A stretch of 35,413 nucleotides of DNA from Intoshia linei. Its lineage: Eukaryota; Animalia; Orthonectida. Shown here one piece after another: positions 1-14,100 of the stretch. The notes under the pieces were generated by a model, which searched no databases, was not told where the DNA came from, and saw only the letters and a program-made list of their open reading frames with translations. Where the stretch lies: positions 1-35,413 of the forward strand of contig LWCA01000266.1 in NCBI GenBank assembly GCA_001642005.1, read 5' to 3'. Position numbers and translations under genes: made by a program. Numbering within the stretch: position 1 is the stretch's first letter; each line of letters begins with the position of its first letter.

Positions 1-232
1 AAAAAACTGTAATTGAAATGTGGACTTTATAAAATTCTAAGACTAGTAGTTATTTCAATAAAGTGGAACACACACACAAGCAAAAATCGCGTAGCATATA
101 GTTATATAAATAAGGATTATTGGTTTTTATGTTAAAAATTTTAAATTCCGATTAATCGCATAATCGTTGTTCAAATAACCGGAATTATTCGATAACAGGG
201 TTTTCAAATTTTCGAATAATCAGGAATCCATA
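1..232 (+). mobile_element. right end of a hAT-type MITE (same family as 33357-34005), cut by the window edge
   Basis: Colinear near-identical match to 33781-34005, ending ..CAGGAATCCATA. Confidence 0.85.
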
Positions 233-2057
233 GTATCCACTCGCTGATTAAAAAATTATGATTTGAGACCATTGTATTTATAGATTATTAAAAGATATAT
301 CATCGCCAAAATACCATCGATATTTTATTTATAAATTTGTACTTGCTTAGATACTCAAAGTTTGAGTCAAACTTTGCGAAATATTGTCTAATAAAATGGA
401 ATTGTGCGTTTTTGAGTAGAAAGATAAAACTTATTATCTCTTGAAATAATGTTTTTTTTAATTTCAATTTTATTTTAATTAATTTTAATAAAGGCGTATC
501 ATTACATTTTTTGTAACTTACATGAATTACATTCTGTATTTTGTATTTTTGTATTGGAAATAGTACATTTTTGACCTCAGTATATTTATTGATTAGAATT
601 AAACAAATGATGATCATTCTGTTATTAATTGCAATATAATTATACAAAATCTACACCGTTCTGTCAATAAAATATCAAAATTTTATAAATTTAATAAAAA
701 TTAATTAGATCGTATTGAATTTCACTAAGATATTCCTACTGCTAGGAGAATATAGTGTTTTGTAAAGAGATGACAAAAACTAATCCAAGCTATGGCCTCC
801 AAGTGTAATGAGAATAAATTTACGTCATTAAGAAATACGAAGAGTATATAATTATTCCATTGTAATTTTTAAAAAAATTTAACAAGTTTAACGAGCAACC
901 ATTAAAAAATCCATTTTACAAATTTATCAATCTTCAATATATTAGTACATAATGTATTTTCAAAATTTGTAGCGCGTAATCTTATGCGACTTTACTTGAC
1001 GTAGAAATTATTGAACGACTTTACGAAATTTTGACACTACATTTGTATATTAATAAATATTCTTCAATTTCACCTTGGAGCTGCGTATTGATTGAATTCT
1101 CAATAAATTTTACTGATGGGTGGCATACCGAAACATTTTTGAAAATTTGGAGACTCCACTAGTAAATTTTTGAGAAGCACCATTTTTTTAAAACATTTTA
1201 AAGCATTTCAACATTTTGACATAATACATAAATAGAAAATAATTAGTTAAACAAATAAATAATATAAATTAATCATTATAAGTAAATTGTATCGGATATT
1301 CAGTTATTTCGATTTTGGTATCTTTTACTTAATTCACATTTATGAATAATTCTAAAATATTTCTGCAATTTCTGTAATATTTTAACTTTTATTGATTATA
1401 ATTTATATAATAATAATTATAATTATTATATTATTTATGAAATTTTACATTGTCCTAAAAAAATTGCAACAATTTTTGTTGTTAATTACAAAAATATCCA
1501 TAAAATGTTTTTAAAAGTGACTTTTAAGATCATTTTTTTTAAAAATTGTAAATAATTATATAATATGACAATTTTGTAAATCTTTTTCCACTCGCAAATG
1601 CATTTGAGATACACTGCATTAAATTAACAATATACAAATGTACAAATTTTCAAACTAATGATTATCCATTGTTGTTAATATTATTTAAATTTGAAATTAA
1701 ACATAAATTAATTATTAAATATTAATTTTTTTTCAAAATATAAATATAGATTGTTGACAACTATTAAAAATTTCATTCAAAAAATCATCAAATTTGTTTT
1801 ACAATTACAGTTGAGCTTCCATTATTCGTACATTCCGTTATTCGCTTAAAATAATTTTAGTTGTGATTTTCATACAAAACCTTCGTGATTCGCCAACAAT
1901 TTATCAAAATAAAAACCATGAAATTTTCTTTCCTTGTTAATAAAATATAATTTTAATATTATAATTATTATGGTATTTACCTAGTAGTGGCTAATTTCAT
2001 ATTTTTCAGGGGTAATCGCGAAATTTCTTCTAAAAAAAGGATTTTTTTTTTTTTTTT

Positions 2058-2065
2058 NNNNNNNN
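2058..2065. other. assembly gap (8 N) inside a poly-T run
   Basis: N characters in the sequence. Confidence 0.99.
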
Positions 2066-2639
2066 TTTTTTTTTTTTTTTTGCGTCGCACAGTAATGCAT
2101 GTTATAATTTTTCTTAAATAATATGATAATGTTAAATAATAATAAATGAACATCCTTTACTTATTTAAATAAAATTTAATGTCTATGTGGGTGTTACAGT
2201 TTATTTAAAAAATTAACCGTAACAGAATTAAAAAAATCAATTTCTAATATAGTTTTTCGCAGGCAACGTTTATATTTAACTTCTATTTCCCAACATTTAG
2301 TCATTTAGCGTCAAAAACCAAATTTACCTTTTTTTTTAAATAAAAAAACATACATTTTGGTATATTTATTAATACATAAGCATTATCATGAATTTTAATC
2401 TAAAAAATCTAAAAAATAAAACTTGACTATCCAATATGCTCTTAAAAAATAATTTTGGTAATATCAAAATAAGTACTATACTATGAGTAATGTAGCAAAA
2501 AAAGTTGGGAAACACTGGTATATAGTAAAGTAATATTGCGAACTAGAGAATTAAATGACTGTATAACTAAAGAAATGTAGATACAATACAGTTGAATTTG
2601 TTAAAAATTAATGTAGGAAATAGTAGGTCAAAGTGATTG

Positions 2640-3010
2640 ATTTTTCCCGATTAAAATAGTGTACGGACCCCATTTCAAAATATTTGTTTTTTTGGACGCA
2701 AAAAAAACATAAAATATAAAACATTTATGAAAAATTAAAGGTGTTTTGACATAACATTTTAGTAAAATCGTGTTTTTAAAAAAATATTGGAAAAAAATGA
2801 ATTTTAAGTAAGTGGATTTTTCCCTGAGTCTTTGAAATGGTAGTTTTTATAAAATATTATTAGATTTTATTAATGGTTGGATAAATTCCCAACATCTGCA
2901 AATTCTGTAATAAATATTAAAAATTCTTCTATAAAAATAAACAAAAGTTGATAAAATTTTTTTTATCTTCATATTTCATATGAATCTTGGACCCCAATCG
3001 GGAACCACTG
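2640..3010. mobile_element. hAT MITE, inverted degenerate relative of the 9043-10267 element
   Basis: Ends in ATCGGGAACCACTG. Internal GTACGGACCCC and AAAAGTTGATAAAATTTTT are reverse complements of the interior of the 9043 element. The left end is eroded. Confidence 0.7.
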
Positions 3011-3098
3011 GTATAGTATTATGTATTTTTAAGTATTTAAAAAATAATTCTTCTCCAAATTTTTTTTAAAGGGTACATTAAATTTTATTACTTTAGAA

Positions 3099-3610
3099 CA
3101 GGGGTTTTCAAAGTGGGCGATATCGCCCCCAGGGGGCGATTTTTAGATATGGACGATTGGGCGCGATTTAAAAAAATTATAAAAACATAAATAGAAATTT
3201 TTTTTAATACATTTCAGTATAGTAAAATTGATGCGGTACCAAATTTAATATAATTCCTTGTCGATGTTCATTGATTGTTTTATTATAACATTTAATTATT
3301 AATTATACTGTGTATTCGAAAAGCTATTTAGATGGATAGAGTGAAGCGTTGAAGAATTTTTTGGTTTTAAAGGGTTTTTTATAGAACGTTTGGGATCCAC
3401 TGATGTAAACAGTGACAATAATAAATATATTATTTTTTAATTATTAAAAATCGATTTCGGACATCATGAGTTGAATCAAAAAAAAATTGGTTATTTATTA
3501 AATAAATTTTTAAATATATATAAGACGTAGTCGAAAATTTTTTTATGGGGGCGTTGAGAAAATATATTGCTAAAAAGGGGGCGGTAGACAAAATCAATTT
3601 TAGAACCCTG
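3099..3610. mobile_element. hAT (Buster/Charlie-like) MITE
   Basis: TIRs CAGGGGTTTTCAAA / TTTAGAACCCTG; 8-bp TSD CTTTAGAA / CTCTAGAA. Confidence 0.85.
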
Positions 3611-3802
3611 CTCTAGAATAGGTCATGTAGTTTTACACTGAAAAAACGTTTGACGTCCACTACAATAATGATTAATCTTAATATGCTCTAATGTTTTAAT
3701 CAACTTAAATTGGGTAATAATCAGAAAATTCATTACTTGAAAATTATTATTAACTAGCAAAACCAATTGCACTTTTTTAAAAGAATTAAAGAGCATCTAC
3801 AA

Positions 3803-4304
3803 TAGTGGTTCTCAACTCATTTTTTTCCGTTTTTCCTTGAAGTATTATATTTTTTTACACACCCCATTAAATATTAAAAATATATTAAAATAAGAATAGT
3901 ATTTACAATCATGATTAATGATAATTTTGAGCAGATTTATTTTTGTTTATTACAAAATACGAGGTTGAGTAGAAAACAGAGAACAACGTAAATCATCTTC
4001 ACCATTTAATCTGGTTCTTGTTTAATTTTTTATACCTAAAAAAGTAGAAAATCCACATTGAAATTTACTTATTACACATTTAAGTTAGTTTAGTCATTAG
4101 TACGTTGATACGAAATGTAACAGCATTATAATTTTCCCATAAGTTTAGGGTATGAATTATTTATCTTTCATCAAAATTTTGTTATTGATTCTTCAGTATA
4201 TGCTTTTCGCACACAAATGATTAATATATTTTTTTATAGATTAATTTCTAAATTTTATATTTTCCCCCTTCAAATAGTAAAATTCCCTTTGTAGATAACG
4301 ACTG
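3803..4304 (-). mobile_element. deleted hAT (Buster-like) element retaining a transposase C-terminal remnant
   Basis: TIRs TAGTGGTTCTCAAC / GTAGATAACGACTG; TSD ATCTACAA / ATCTAGAA. The minus strand at ~3956-4060 reads QCGFSTFLGIKN*TRTRLNGEDDLRCSLFSTQPRI, similar to the ORF at 32869. Confidence 0.8.
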
Positions 4305-7300
4305 ATCTAGAATGTATATTATAGATGTATTTCAATATTTATTACATTGTGGTCCCCGCTAAAATAAAAAAATTATAAAATTATAATTATCAAACTTTTC
4401 ATAAATATTTATTAACTATTTAAAAAATTCAATTTAAGTATACTCAATGAGCATTGTTCATAATATTAATTAACTTAAATTAGATCTCGCATTTATATTT
4501 AAAAATTAAATTATTTTCCAATAATTTTCATGATTCAATTACTAAATTTCAAATATTTAACAATTTTAATTTTTACAACCCTTCTTCTTGTTAGGTTTAG
4601 TAACAGGTTATTTTATATGTGGTATATGTTTCTGAATGTATTACAGACAAAATAACAGGAACCCATAAGCATTGTTAATAATTTCAAAAAAGTTGATCAA
4701 CTTTTATGTATCATTTAATTTTTTTGTATCATTAAAAATTAATAATTGGCTTGTAATTAATTAAAAAAACAATTTTAAATTTTAACTGTACAATATACGC
4801 AGCAATGCTGACATTTCTTTACTTTTATGGTTGTCACTTGTATCATATACACAAAATGTTATTAGTTTTCTCTTAATTAGCTAGGTTAAAATTTCAAAAA
4901 ATTGACAATTAATTAATAATTTTTAAATTAGAAGAATATCCGCTCTTTAGTGTCAAATATCTAACAAATACCACTATTTAATATTGATTAACATACTATT
5001 ATTATAAATTCAATATTATAACAATACTTTTGTCACTAATAATCGTTTTGCCGATAAAAGTGTGACCTCTAAATTGAGTTAAAGTCTCTCATTTAAATAT
5101 AGGAATCTCTCCTTTAAGACAGTGTTTAGTATTCTTAAGTATTTATTTATTGACGAACCAAATTTTTCGAATACCAATCTAATTCATAATAAAAAATGTT
5201 GCAAAATGTACATTTAAAATGCAAAATCTACTCGTCCGTGTCACATTTTAGACATGTAATGTAGTTATTTATATTTTTTTAATTTAATCCAGCAAATATT
5301 ATTGCGATAACATCACTACAAAGTATTTTTAAATTAACAGTATTATACAATATACAATTTACATTATACAATCTATAAAATCTATAATCATAAACTATAA
5401 ATTTTTCAGAATATTTTTTTTAACATTATATTGTAAATATAAACTAATTTTAATTTTTAATTTAAAAAAATGATAAATTTTTAAAAATAATCTTTAGTAG
5501 TTTTAATTAATTTTGGAATTTTAAATTGGACAATTCTTTTTTATTATATTTGTTAGCTTTTTTTATAAAAAATTATAAAAAATCATAAAATTTTTTCTTA
5601 TAGTCAAATATTAATGCAAGATCATTTATTCTAATTTACATTTAATTAGTAGTGAATATTGCAGTGTTCCTCAACCAATGCGTACTATACGTAGATGCAG
5701 TGCGACATCATTTTTATCACAAAAATGTTTTTAAAAATATGTCTTTATTTTTATAAGAAACTATTTGAATATTCCTGAAATGATATAAAATGACATTTAT
5801 GTAAAATTTCATGTTTACCGTTGTATCATATTTATATATTTGTCACAGAATATGGAATTTAATACATTTACTGGAATATGTTTGATGTTAAAAAAATAAA
5901 TAAGTCTATGTAGATGGAAACATTAATATTTAATTTTATTGTTGCAAACGAACCGAAATTATTTGAATTCAGTAATTATTGGTAATTTTTTTAAAACCGG
6001 ACCGGGTACGTGACTCGTTATATGGCACTGAATATGGTATTCCAATTATTTCTCACACTTGACTGCATTTATTTAATCGTATGAAAACCTTCCATCAAAA
6101 GAAATTTTTTCAATCTAGGATCCGCTTCATTTTGACTGCAGTGCGAAAATATTAAAAATATAGATCCGATAATATAAATTAAATTAAAATATTATTCCGT
6201 TTATAGTTTAAAAAAATTATTTCGATAAACTAAAATTTGATATAATTTAAAATTATCACTTTGGAAGAATTAACAGTGTTTATAAAAACAAATTTTATAT
6301 CATAACTACCAAAATCTGAAATACATCGATTGCGATAACTTAAAAAATAAGGGTATCAGTTAAAACTTTATGAATTGTTGTCGCTCACCTTATTGATCTC
6401 TCGGGTATCTTAACGCCTAATATATTGTTTTTATTTGAATTAATTGATCCTTTGATAATTTATATTATTAACAATATAATGACAATTTATACAATCTACT
6501 AATGTAAGTAAATACGAAAAATTTGTGCTATGCATGATATTATGTTTAATAAACCTTTTTATACATCAAAAACGTATTGAAAATTGAAATACATTTCTAA
6601 ATTATTAATCTATATTCAAAATGAGAAAAATAAATAATTCTACATGTTTAAGGTAAAATTTATACAATTTTTAATTTAATTGTATACTATAATATTTATT
6701 GTATTAAAATATTAATTTGATTTCAGTCAAATAAAAGTTGTACTCTAAATATGATAAATCATTTTAAATATTAAAAGTCCAAAACATTAAAACACGACTG
6801 GTTTCGAATATCGGTCCATGTTGACCTCCAAATGGATTATATATTTGCGTCTGGCGTAATGCATTAATTATCGACATGCTGTCTGATAAATAATTTTTGG
6901 TTCGTTTGCAAATATTGGTGAAAGGTTAAAATGTGACACTGTCTCACAATGAGTAAAATTTGAAGCTAAATGACCGTTAAATTTTAATTTAAAAACATAT
7001 CCAACAATTCATAATTCGTCATTTAAAACTGTCTGGTTTTATTAATGTTTCTATTTTTACTTAATGCCGACAATAAATTTTAAATTAAAACCATTTGTCC
7101 ATGTAAGAATTTTAAATTTTGGCTCAATCAATCTTTAAGTTTGTCAATAATGCACATTTTTACATTTCATGTACTTTGCATATCTAATTTCACATTGTAC
7201 AATGTTTATATTCATTATATAACTGGGCGTTATTATTATCGATTTTTTTCCTTTTCAATATCTATGTTAATTACATTTAATATTTTACATATCTTGCAGA

Positions 7301-7635
7301 CATGTCCTATAATTTTATAAAATATTTTGAGTTTGGTCACCAAAAAATTTGCAACGCCTTAAAAAAATTGATTTTTTTATTTTATTAAATATGGCTACTA
7401 TATTAATTTTTAATTACATGTCGTGATGTACTCTTCTACGATTTATAGTATGCATTTTCATTTTTATTTTATCTATTCTTCTATTATTTTAAAACATTTT
7501 AAAAAATTATTTTTCTCTCTGGTATGTTTATATTATTTTAAATTTTCATTTTTTATTTTTTATTACCATTTTTAAATTTTATAAATGTTATATTTCAACA
7601 TTATTCTATCCCTTCGTAATCATATTTATGTGATA

Positions 7636-7997
7636 CAATCAAAGTCCTTATTAACGGTATTTTTGTTAGCAGAAATTCCATTTTTTAATTTTTTATCAAA
7701 TTTTTAATAGATATTAATTTAAATGGTGTTAATTAGAAATTATTACTATCATTGCGGAAATGCCATTTTTAACTTTATTTTATATCTTTTAATAATTTAA
7801 AATTGATAAAATTGATAAAATTTTTCATGAACCAAAAAAAACTGCTGAGGACCCCAAGAGTCAACATGTACCCCTTGATACTGTTTTGTGTATATTACAT
7901 CATTATGTATTATTCAAAAACTTATAATAACTAGAAATATGACCATTTAACGGTTTTTATTTGAAAAAATTAAATTCCGTTAATAAGGACTTGACTG
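7636..7997. mobile_element. pogo/Tigger-type MITE
   Basis: TIRs CAATCAAAGTCCTTATTAACGG / CCGTTAATAAGGACTTGACTG flanked by TA on both sides. Confidence 0.8.
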
Positions 7998-9042
7998 TAT
8001 TTCATTGTATAATTTTAAATTTGAGTGATTTAATGTTAGAATTTTTGTTTTTAAAACAATAAACCAAACAAACACTTATAATACAGTCAGATGTAGTTTT
8101 AGTCAAAGGTTTTTTACGATAAGCTTATTAAAGGTATTATTGTGTTGATAGCATTAACATGTAAAAAAAAATTTTAAATATATTTTAAATGGTTTCTATA
8201 AATTTGGCATAAAAAATCCAGTCTATGATTAATTCATCATATTGATGATGCAACAAACATTTAAATAAGATGTGTAAATTATGAATCTATTCCAAATTTT
8301 TTTACATTGCAATAGTTAAATCCGTCATATTACATGTGACCACATATAACTATTCAGTATATCGAGCCATTTATTAAATTATGAAAAGGTGAAAATTATT
8401 CAATTGTTAAGAATAATTATCATTTGGCAAAGTATCTATCAATGTAAACAACGTAAACTTTCAACTTTTATTTTAAGGTAAATAATGATATATAATGGAA
8501 AAAAGTTTAAATTCAAAAATATTTTATAAGTTTTGATCGTTAGAGGGTTATATTTTAGTTAAAGTGACATTTCTAATTATTTAAAAAATCTAATAAGCTG
8601 ATAATTATATATTAATTATACATTTAATTGGTATAAATTTTTTTAAATCGTTGGTTTATTATCTTATTTTATTTAATTTGAAACACAATTTAAACTTGCA
8701 CAATTTTGATTTTCAATTTTTCAAAAATATTTTGTTTGATAAGTTTTGAGCTGATAGTTTATAGAACTTTAAAAAAACTAAAAAATCGGCAAGCCACAGT
8801 GAAAAAATAATAAAATTAACAAAATTTATTAAATTTGATTTATACAGACTGAATTGAAGAGTTTTAATTTTTTATGTGATAATTTTACCAAAGTGACTTG
8901 AAAATTCCATATATTTTTTGGAAAACGGAAATTTAATTAAATTAAAGTGTACCTAAATATCCCTGTCCACGACAAATTAACAAATATTATTGACATTTTT
9001 ACCGTTTTCTTGCAAGAAAAGATAATTTTTTACATCTTAGAG

Positions 9043-10267
9043 CAGTGGTTCCCGATTAAGGCCCAAAACTATATACCTGGGGTCCGTGAGATTCAAATAA
9101 AATATGAAAAAAATTTATCAACTTTTTTTTTATATAGAAATTTTAATATTTATTACAGAGTTACCAGATGATGGGAATATGTATCTAAGCTTAGACAATA
9201 TCTACATTATTATTTCAAATATCCAACTTTTATCCAACCATTAATAAAATGTAATAATATTTTATAAAAAATACCATTTCAAACCCTCAGTGAAAAATTT
9301 TTATGAAACTCAGATTTTACCAAACCTTATGAGAAAAATCCATTTAATTATACTTCTAATAAATAATCCAATTTTATGTATATTTTTCCATCCACTTAAA
9401 GTATGAGTTTTTAAAATTGCAAACCAGTTAACAGGTTAAGGGAAAATACCCATTTTACAATATTTTTTTCAAAAACACGATTTTACCAAATATTTTGAAA
9501 TAGGGGTCCGTACGAGTGTGTTCCACTTTTGTAAAAAGTACTGGATTATTTAATGAGTACTTAGTTTTACTTTTACTGAGTTATTGAATTTTTTTATATT
9601 GAGTTTTGAAACTCTGTACTCTTAACAATAAGCTTATTTTAGAAAATTATTAATTTTGGCAATCAGATTGGGTTTTCAATTAATACATTGGAAAATAGCA
9701 TTAAATAAATAATTAAATTATCAATAATTGCAACTGGTATATCATTGAAAGATTATTTTTTGCGGTGGAGTTATCCACGTCTATTAGTAGAACTAGGATT
9801 CTCCCAGAATTAATTGAAGCTGTCACAATTTTAAAATTCAACATAAATTTCATGTCTACAAAAAGTAATTTATAACGAATTTTTTTAATGCTACTACTTT
9901 AATGATACTAGTTTCTTATAAAATTCGGATATTATCTTCCTCTAAACATCAGTTATTTATTTATTGTAAATAATATAATTTATTTTCTATTTCCATCGAA
10001 AATCAGCATAATTAATTTTATGTTTAGAATTTTTTACGTTTTGTAAACGAAAACTGAAAATTTATCAATTTTTTTAAAGTACTTTAACTGAAATTTGAAA
10101 ATAATGTACTTACTGAGTTTTTTTATATAACTAAGTACTTTTTACTTACTGAGTTTTACTGTACTAACTTTTTATTTTTTAAAACGAAATACTTAGTATT
10201 TTCTGAGTTTCTACAAAAAAAAAGTTGGAAACAGTAGTCTGTACACCATTTGAATGGGGAACCACTG
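9043..10267. mobile_element. hAT (Buster-like) MITE carrying a nested insertion
   Basis: TIRs CAGTGGTTCCC / GGGAACCACTG; perfect 8-bp TSD TCTTAGAG at 9035-9042 and 10268-10275. Confidence 0.9.
9514..10236. mobile_element. hAT MITE nested in 9043-10267
   Basis: TSD GTCCGTAC / GTCTGTAC; eroded TIRs GAGTGTGTTCCACTTT / AAAGTTGGAAACAGTA; subterminal AGTACTT and TTACTGAGTT repeats. A related right end occurs at ~2470-2517. Confidence 0.7.
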
Positions 10268-10272
10268 TCTTA

Positions 10273-10805
10273 GAGCGACATAATCATTGAATTTACTAAT
10301 TACTCATATTATGGATTTTTTCATGAAATTTTTGTGGGCTGCTTGAGGCAAATTTTTCACCTCCACTTTTAAAGATTTTGAAGATAATTTGGCGACCAAA
10401 ACTTAGCAGGGTCTTTAAGGGAACATTTTTTTCACCTAATTTTTAAAGATTTTTAAAGATTATTAAAGATTTTAAAGATTCCTTAAAATGTTACAAATAT
10501 TCCCTTAAACACGCTACAAAATTTTAGTTCAAAAATTATCTTTAAAATATTTAAGTAATGGTAGAAAAAATATGCTCCCTTAAAAACCCTACCAAATTTA
10601 CACCAAAATTATGTTCAAAATCTTTAAACATTGAGTGAAAAAACTGTCCTTTAAAACCATACTAAATTTTGGGACCAAAAATAACTTTAAAATCTCTAAA
10701 AATTGGGTAAAAAAACTTCATTTAAAGACCTTACCAAAATTTGGTGAAAAAAACTATGTGGCAATTAAAATTAATTAATTAGCAAAATCGATGATTATGT
10801 CGCAC
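10273..10805. mobile_element. unclassified TIR element with internal ~70-80 bp subrepeats (foldback-like)
   Basis: ~30-bp TIRs GAGCGACATAATCATTGAATTTACTAATTA / TAATTAGCAAAATCGATGATTATGTCGCAC. No clear TSD. Confidence 0.7.
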
Positions 10806-10850
10806 AAATCAATGTAGCATAATTAAATTTTCGCCGAAAAATTTTTATCT

Positions 10851-11173
10851 CAGTGGCGGATTTAAGATGGTACAGAAGGTGCAGTTGCATTCCCTAAATT
10901 TTTAATTAATGTTTTGTAAAATAACTCAAAAGGTTTTAATTTATTAAAGCAATATAGATGGCGCATAACATAAATTTTTTTTTATTTTTGCGAAAAAAAT
11001 ACAAATTTGGAAATTATTGTATAACAACCTTTAAATGAAATTAAAAGAGACGCTTTATAATCTAACTAGACGCTTCTAAATAAAATCCTAAAAATTTTTT
11101 TGCCTTGGGCGAAGTTAAATATATTGCTTGCTTCGCTCGCACCCCATTAACTAGCCTCTTGGATCCGCCCCTG
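10851..11173. mobile_element. hAT-like MITE
   Basis: TIRs CAGTGGCGGAT / ATCCGCCCCTG. An 8-bp TSD is not recognisable. Confidence 0.7.
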
Positions 11174-14100
11174 TATCTTATAACATAATCAACTTTACCA
11201 ACTCCAATAACCTACCTGTGCTGACTTGATACAAAATATTTTGTTATTTGTGCAATGGCTTAGTCATTATCTACTATGTTAAGTTCTACGTCTAAAACTA
11301 TCGATAAATTTTTTGGAATATTACTGTTCAATGTCAATTTTGTATCGTTTTGATTATTTTTCAAATTTAAGAATAATTAATAATGATATTAATTTAATTA
11401 ATTTTGTTGAGAGCATTGTTTTATAAATAAAAATATTAATTTGTGTCAACAAAAAATATTTTAAATGATTCCAAAATTATCAAATCTCTCGTAAAATATT
11501 CATAATTATATGCATGTATGGAATGTCTATTTACAATTTTATGATTTTAAAAATACCCAGAATATTTTTCCTAAGCATCCTTTACAAAAATAAACCTAAA
11601 ATACTCAATAAAACATTTAACAGTGTTTAATAATAAAGTAAATTAAATAAGTGAAATTTAGATTATCGATATAATGTGAATTGATTTATTATTTATCCTA
11701 TGAACTTTGAAATTTAAAAAAACCCACTCAGTATTGACAGGAATTACCCACTAAAAAATACAAATTAAGTAAAAATTAATATTATAAAAATTAATCTAAA
11801 AATTATTTTAATTAGATTAACTCCATAAATTTTTAATAAAAATTGTATTACATCTGTTGTCATTTTTAAATAATTAGAGTACTCCATTTTCCATGTATTG
11901 TATCGTAGATGTATTTGAAATTTTTCTTGTAAATATTCATTAATTACAATTATTGCTTATTTAAATTAGCAACATTAACAATCATGCACATGAAACTGTT
12001 TATTGTGAAAAATATGATATAATTTTATGCCGTTATATTGCAGTTATGATTTTATGAAATAAACCCTTCATGAATATGAGTTTTACAAATTTACGTACCG
12101 CCAAATTAAACTTTCATAAATGTAGAAATAATGACTACTATTAGTATAAATTAATACAAAATGTTAACTTAATTAAAAAAACATTAATGAGTAAAAGTTA
12201 TTTAATTACCAGTATAATTTTAAATGCATCTGTTGAATTAAAGATACTGTAATTTAAATATTTTTGCTATTTAATTTTGAAAACACAATATTTTGAAGAA
12301 AAATTACTAAACTGTTTAATATATCCAATATTATCGATAAAACGTGATTTTTAAATAAGAAAATTTGATTTATTTTTATAATTAAAATAAAGTGTGACCT
12401 TTAATACCATCATCTTAATTATATTATTAAAATGAAACATGTAAGTAGTACAGATATTATATTAATGTAATATTACTATTATAATCGTATTACAATTTTT
12501 TTTAATTACAAAAAGGCTGAATCATTTATAATCCGATGGTGTCTTGATGTTTGTGTGTATAACTATTACTAGACTATATAATAATTTATTTTATATTGGG
12601 CATATGAAATTTGATACACTTTTAATAATGCAAATTTAATATTGCAATATTCGAATGTACACATCAACATGTATTAAATTGATTTCAATTCAAATTATGC
12701 AATACATGCACGGTCAAAGTTAAACTTTTACTGTTAATAATGGTGATTTACTGTAATAGATAAAATTACATGTCTTAATTAACTTTACAGCTCAAAATAC
12801 AACATTGATTTATTGTATTATATTTTTTAATATAATGAGAACACTGGTATATGATTATGTGTAGTTTTTACTATTTCTTGTTCCACTTGTAACCTTACTT
12901 CATAATTTTCATTTATATGATGGTTACTTTCCATTTCTAAAAAGTTTTAGGTATTTTTAATTTTATTTATTATTTTTTTTCAATTTTAACGTTTATTAGC
13001 AAATCTTTATAAATAGCCTTTTTTGTTTATATATTTTTCATTTTTGACATTTTAAACTCAATTGTCCGAATTTTACTTTATATTTAAACAAACATGGCGG
13101 TATAGAGTGTAATTTAAGTTTAATATTTGTGACATGTATGATGAATATATTACATCTGGGTGCATTTTTTGTTCACTGAAATCAGTTTTTATGAAGCTTA
13201 AGCACAAGCAGCTGCTAAGCTAGACTATTAATTTTAACATGAGAGGTTAATTGTGTTTGGATGGTATTATACTGGATATTATATTTCTTTTTCAATTAAA
13301 AATGTAAGTAACATTTCTGATTTACACTCTCATATTTTAGAAAATATTCAAAATATTCAAAACAAAATAATTAATCATTTTTAAAATAATAATAATTTCA
13401 TACAACCATTATATGGCATTTGAACGTTACTTTTTTTAATATTTATGATTAAGAATAGATGTTATCATTTAAATCCCCTTTTACAGCCCAAAAAACTAAT
13501 TTCTTTTAAATTTCGTACAACATTGAATATCAGAAAAAATTATAAAAAATATGATCAATTTTACTCAGAAAATATTTCATTACTTAGGCTGATTAATTAA
13601 GTGAGGAAATAAATACGAAAAATAATGAGTATGAAAGGTTCAAACAAATTTTTACATTAAAATTAAGAAATTTAAAAAATATTTCAATAATGTTAAGTCT
13701 ATATTATTGAATATTAAAAACTATCCGAGAATTTATGTTTTATATAATTTTAGGACATTTTTGAAAAAAGTCTAATTTGTGTTTTTTACCATGAAGATGT
13801 GCGTTTCTGAGGCTGATATTTACTAGAATGTTAATGATTTTAAGACGCGTCCCAGAATTTATGTTTTATTAAATTTTTTGGATGATTTTACTATTAAAAA
13901 AAATGGTAAATTGGGGTTTTGACTCTGAAGGACTCACATTCGAAAATTCGAAAATTCAAAAATAGATATCAACGTCTCCTGCTAAACACTAAATTTTAAA
14001 ATGGGTTTTTTTAAATTCTACGACTGTTAATTTTTTAAATATACGGTAACACACAAACAAAAATTCACTTTAAGATAAGTAATTATTGAATATTACTACA

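Noticed and set aside
300-850. 115-aa ORF or possible decayed hAT transposase on the minus strand
   Set aside because: Composition is AT-driven and there are only faint motif resemblances (GHSLD, QEII..F); it cannot be supported by eye.
6010-6140. minus-strand peptide VRNNWNTIFSAI resembling the hAT TRWNS motif
   Set aside because: Too short and degenerate to call.
8947-9171. 74-aa ORF
   Set aside because: It crosses a MITE terminus and has no coding features. The ORFs at 17988, 18392 and 28607 were rejected as low-complexity chance frames.
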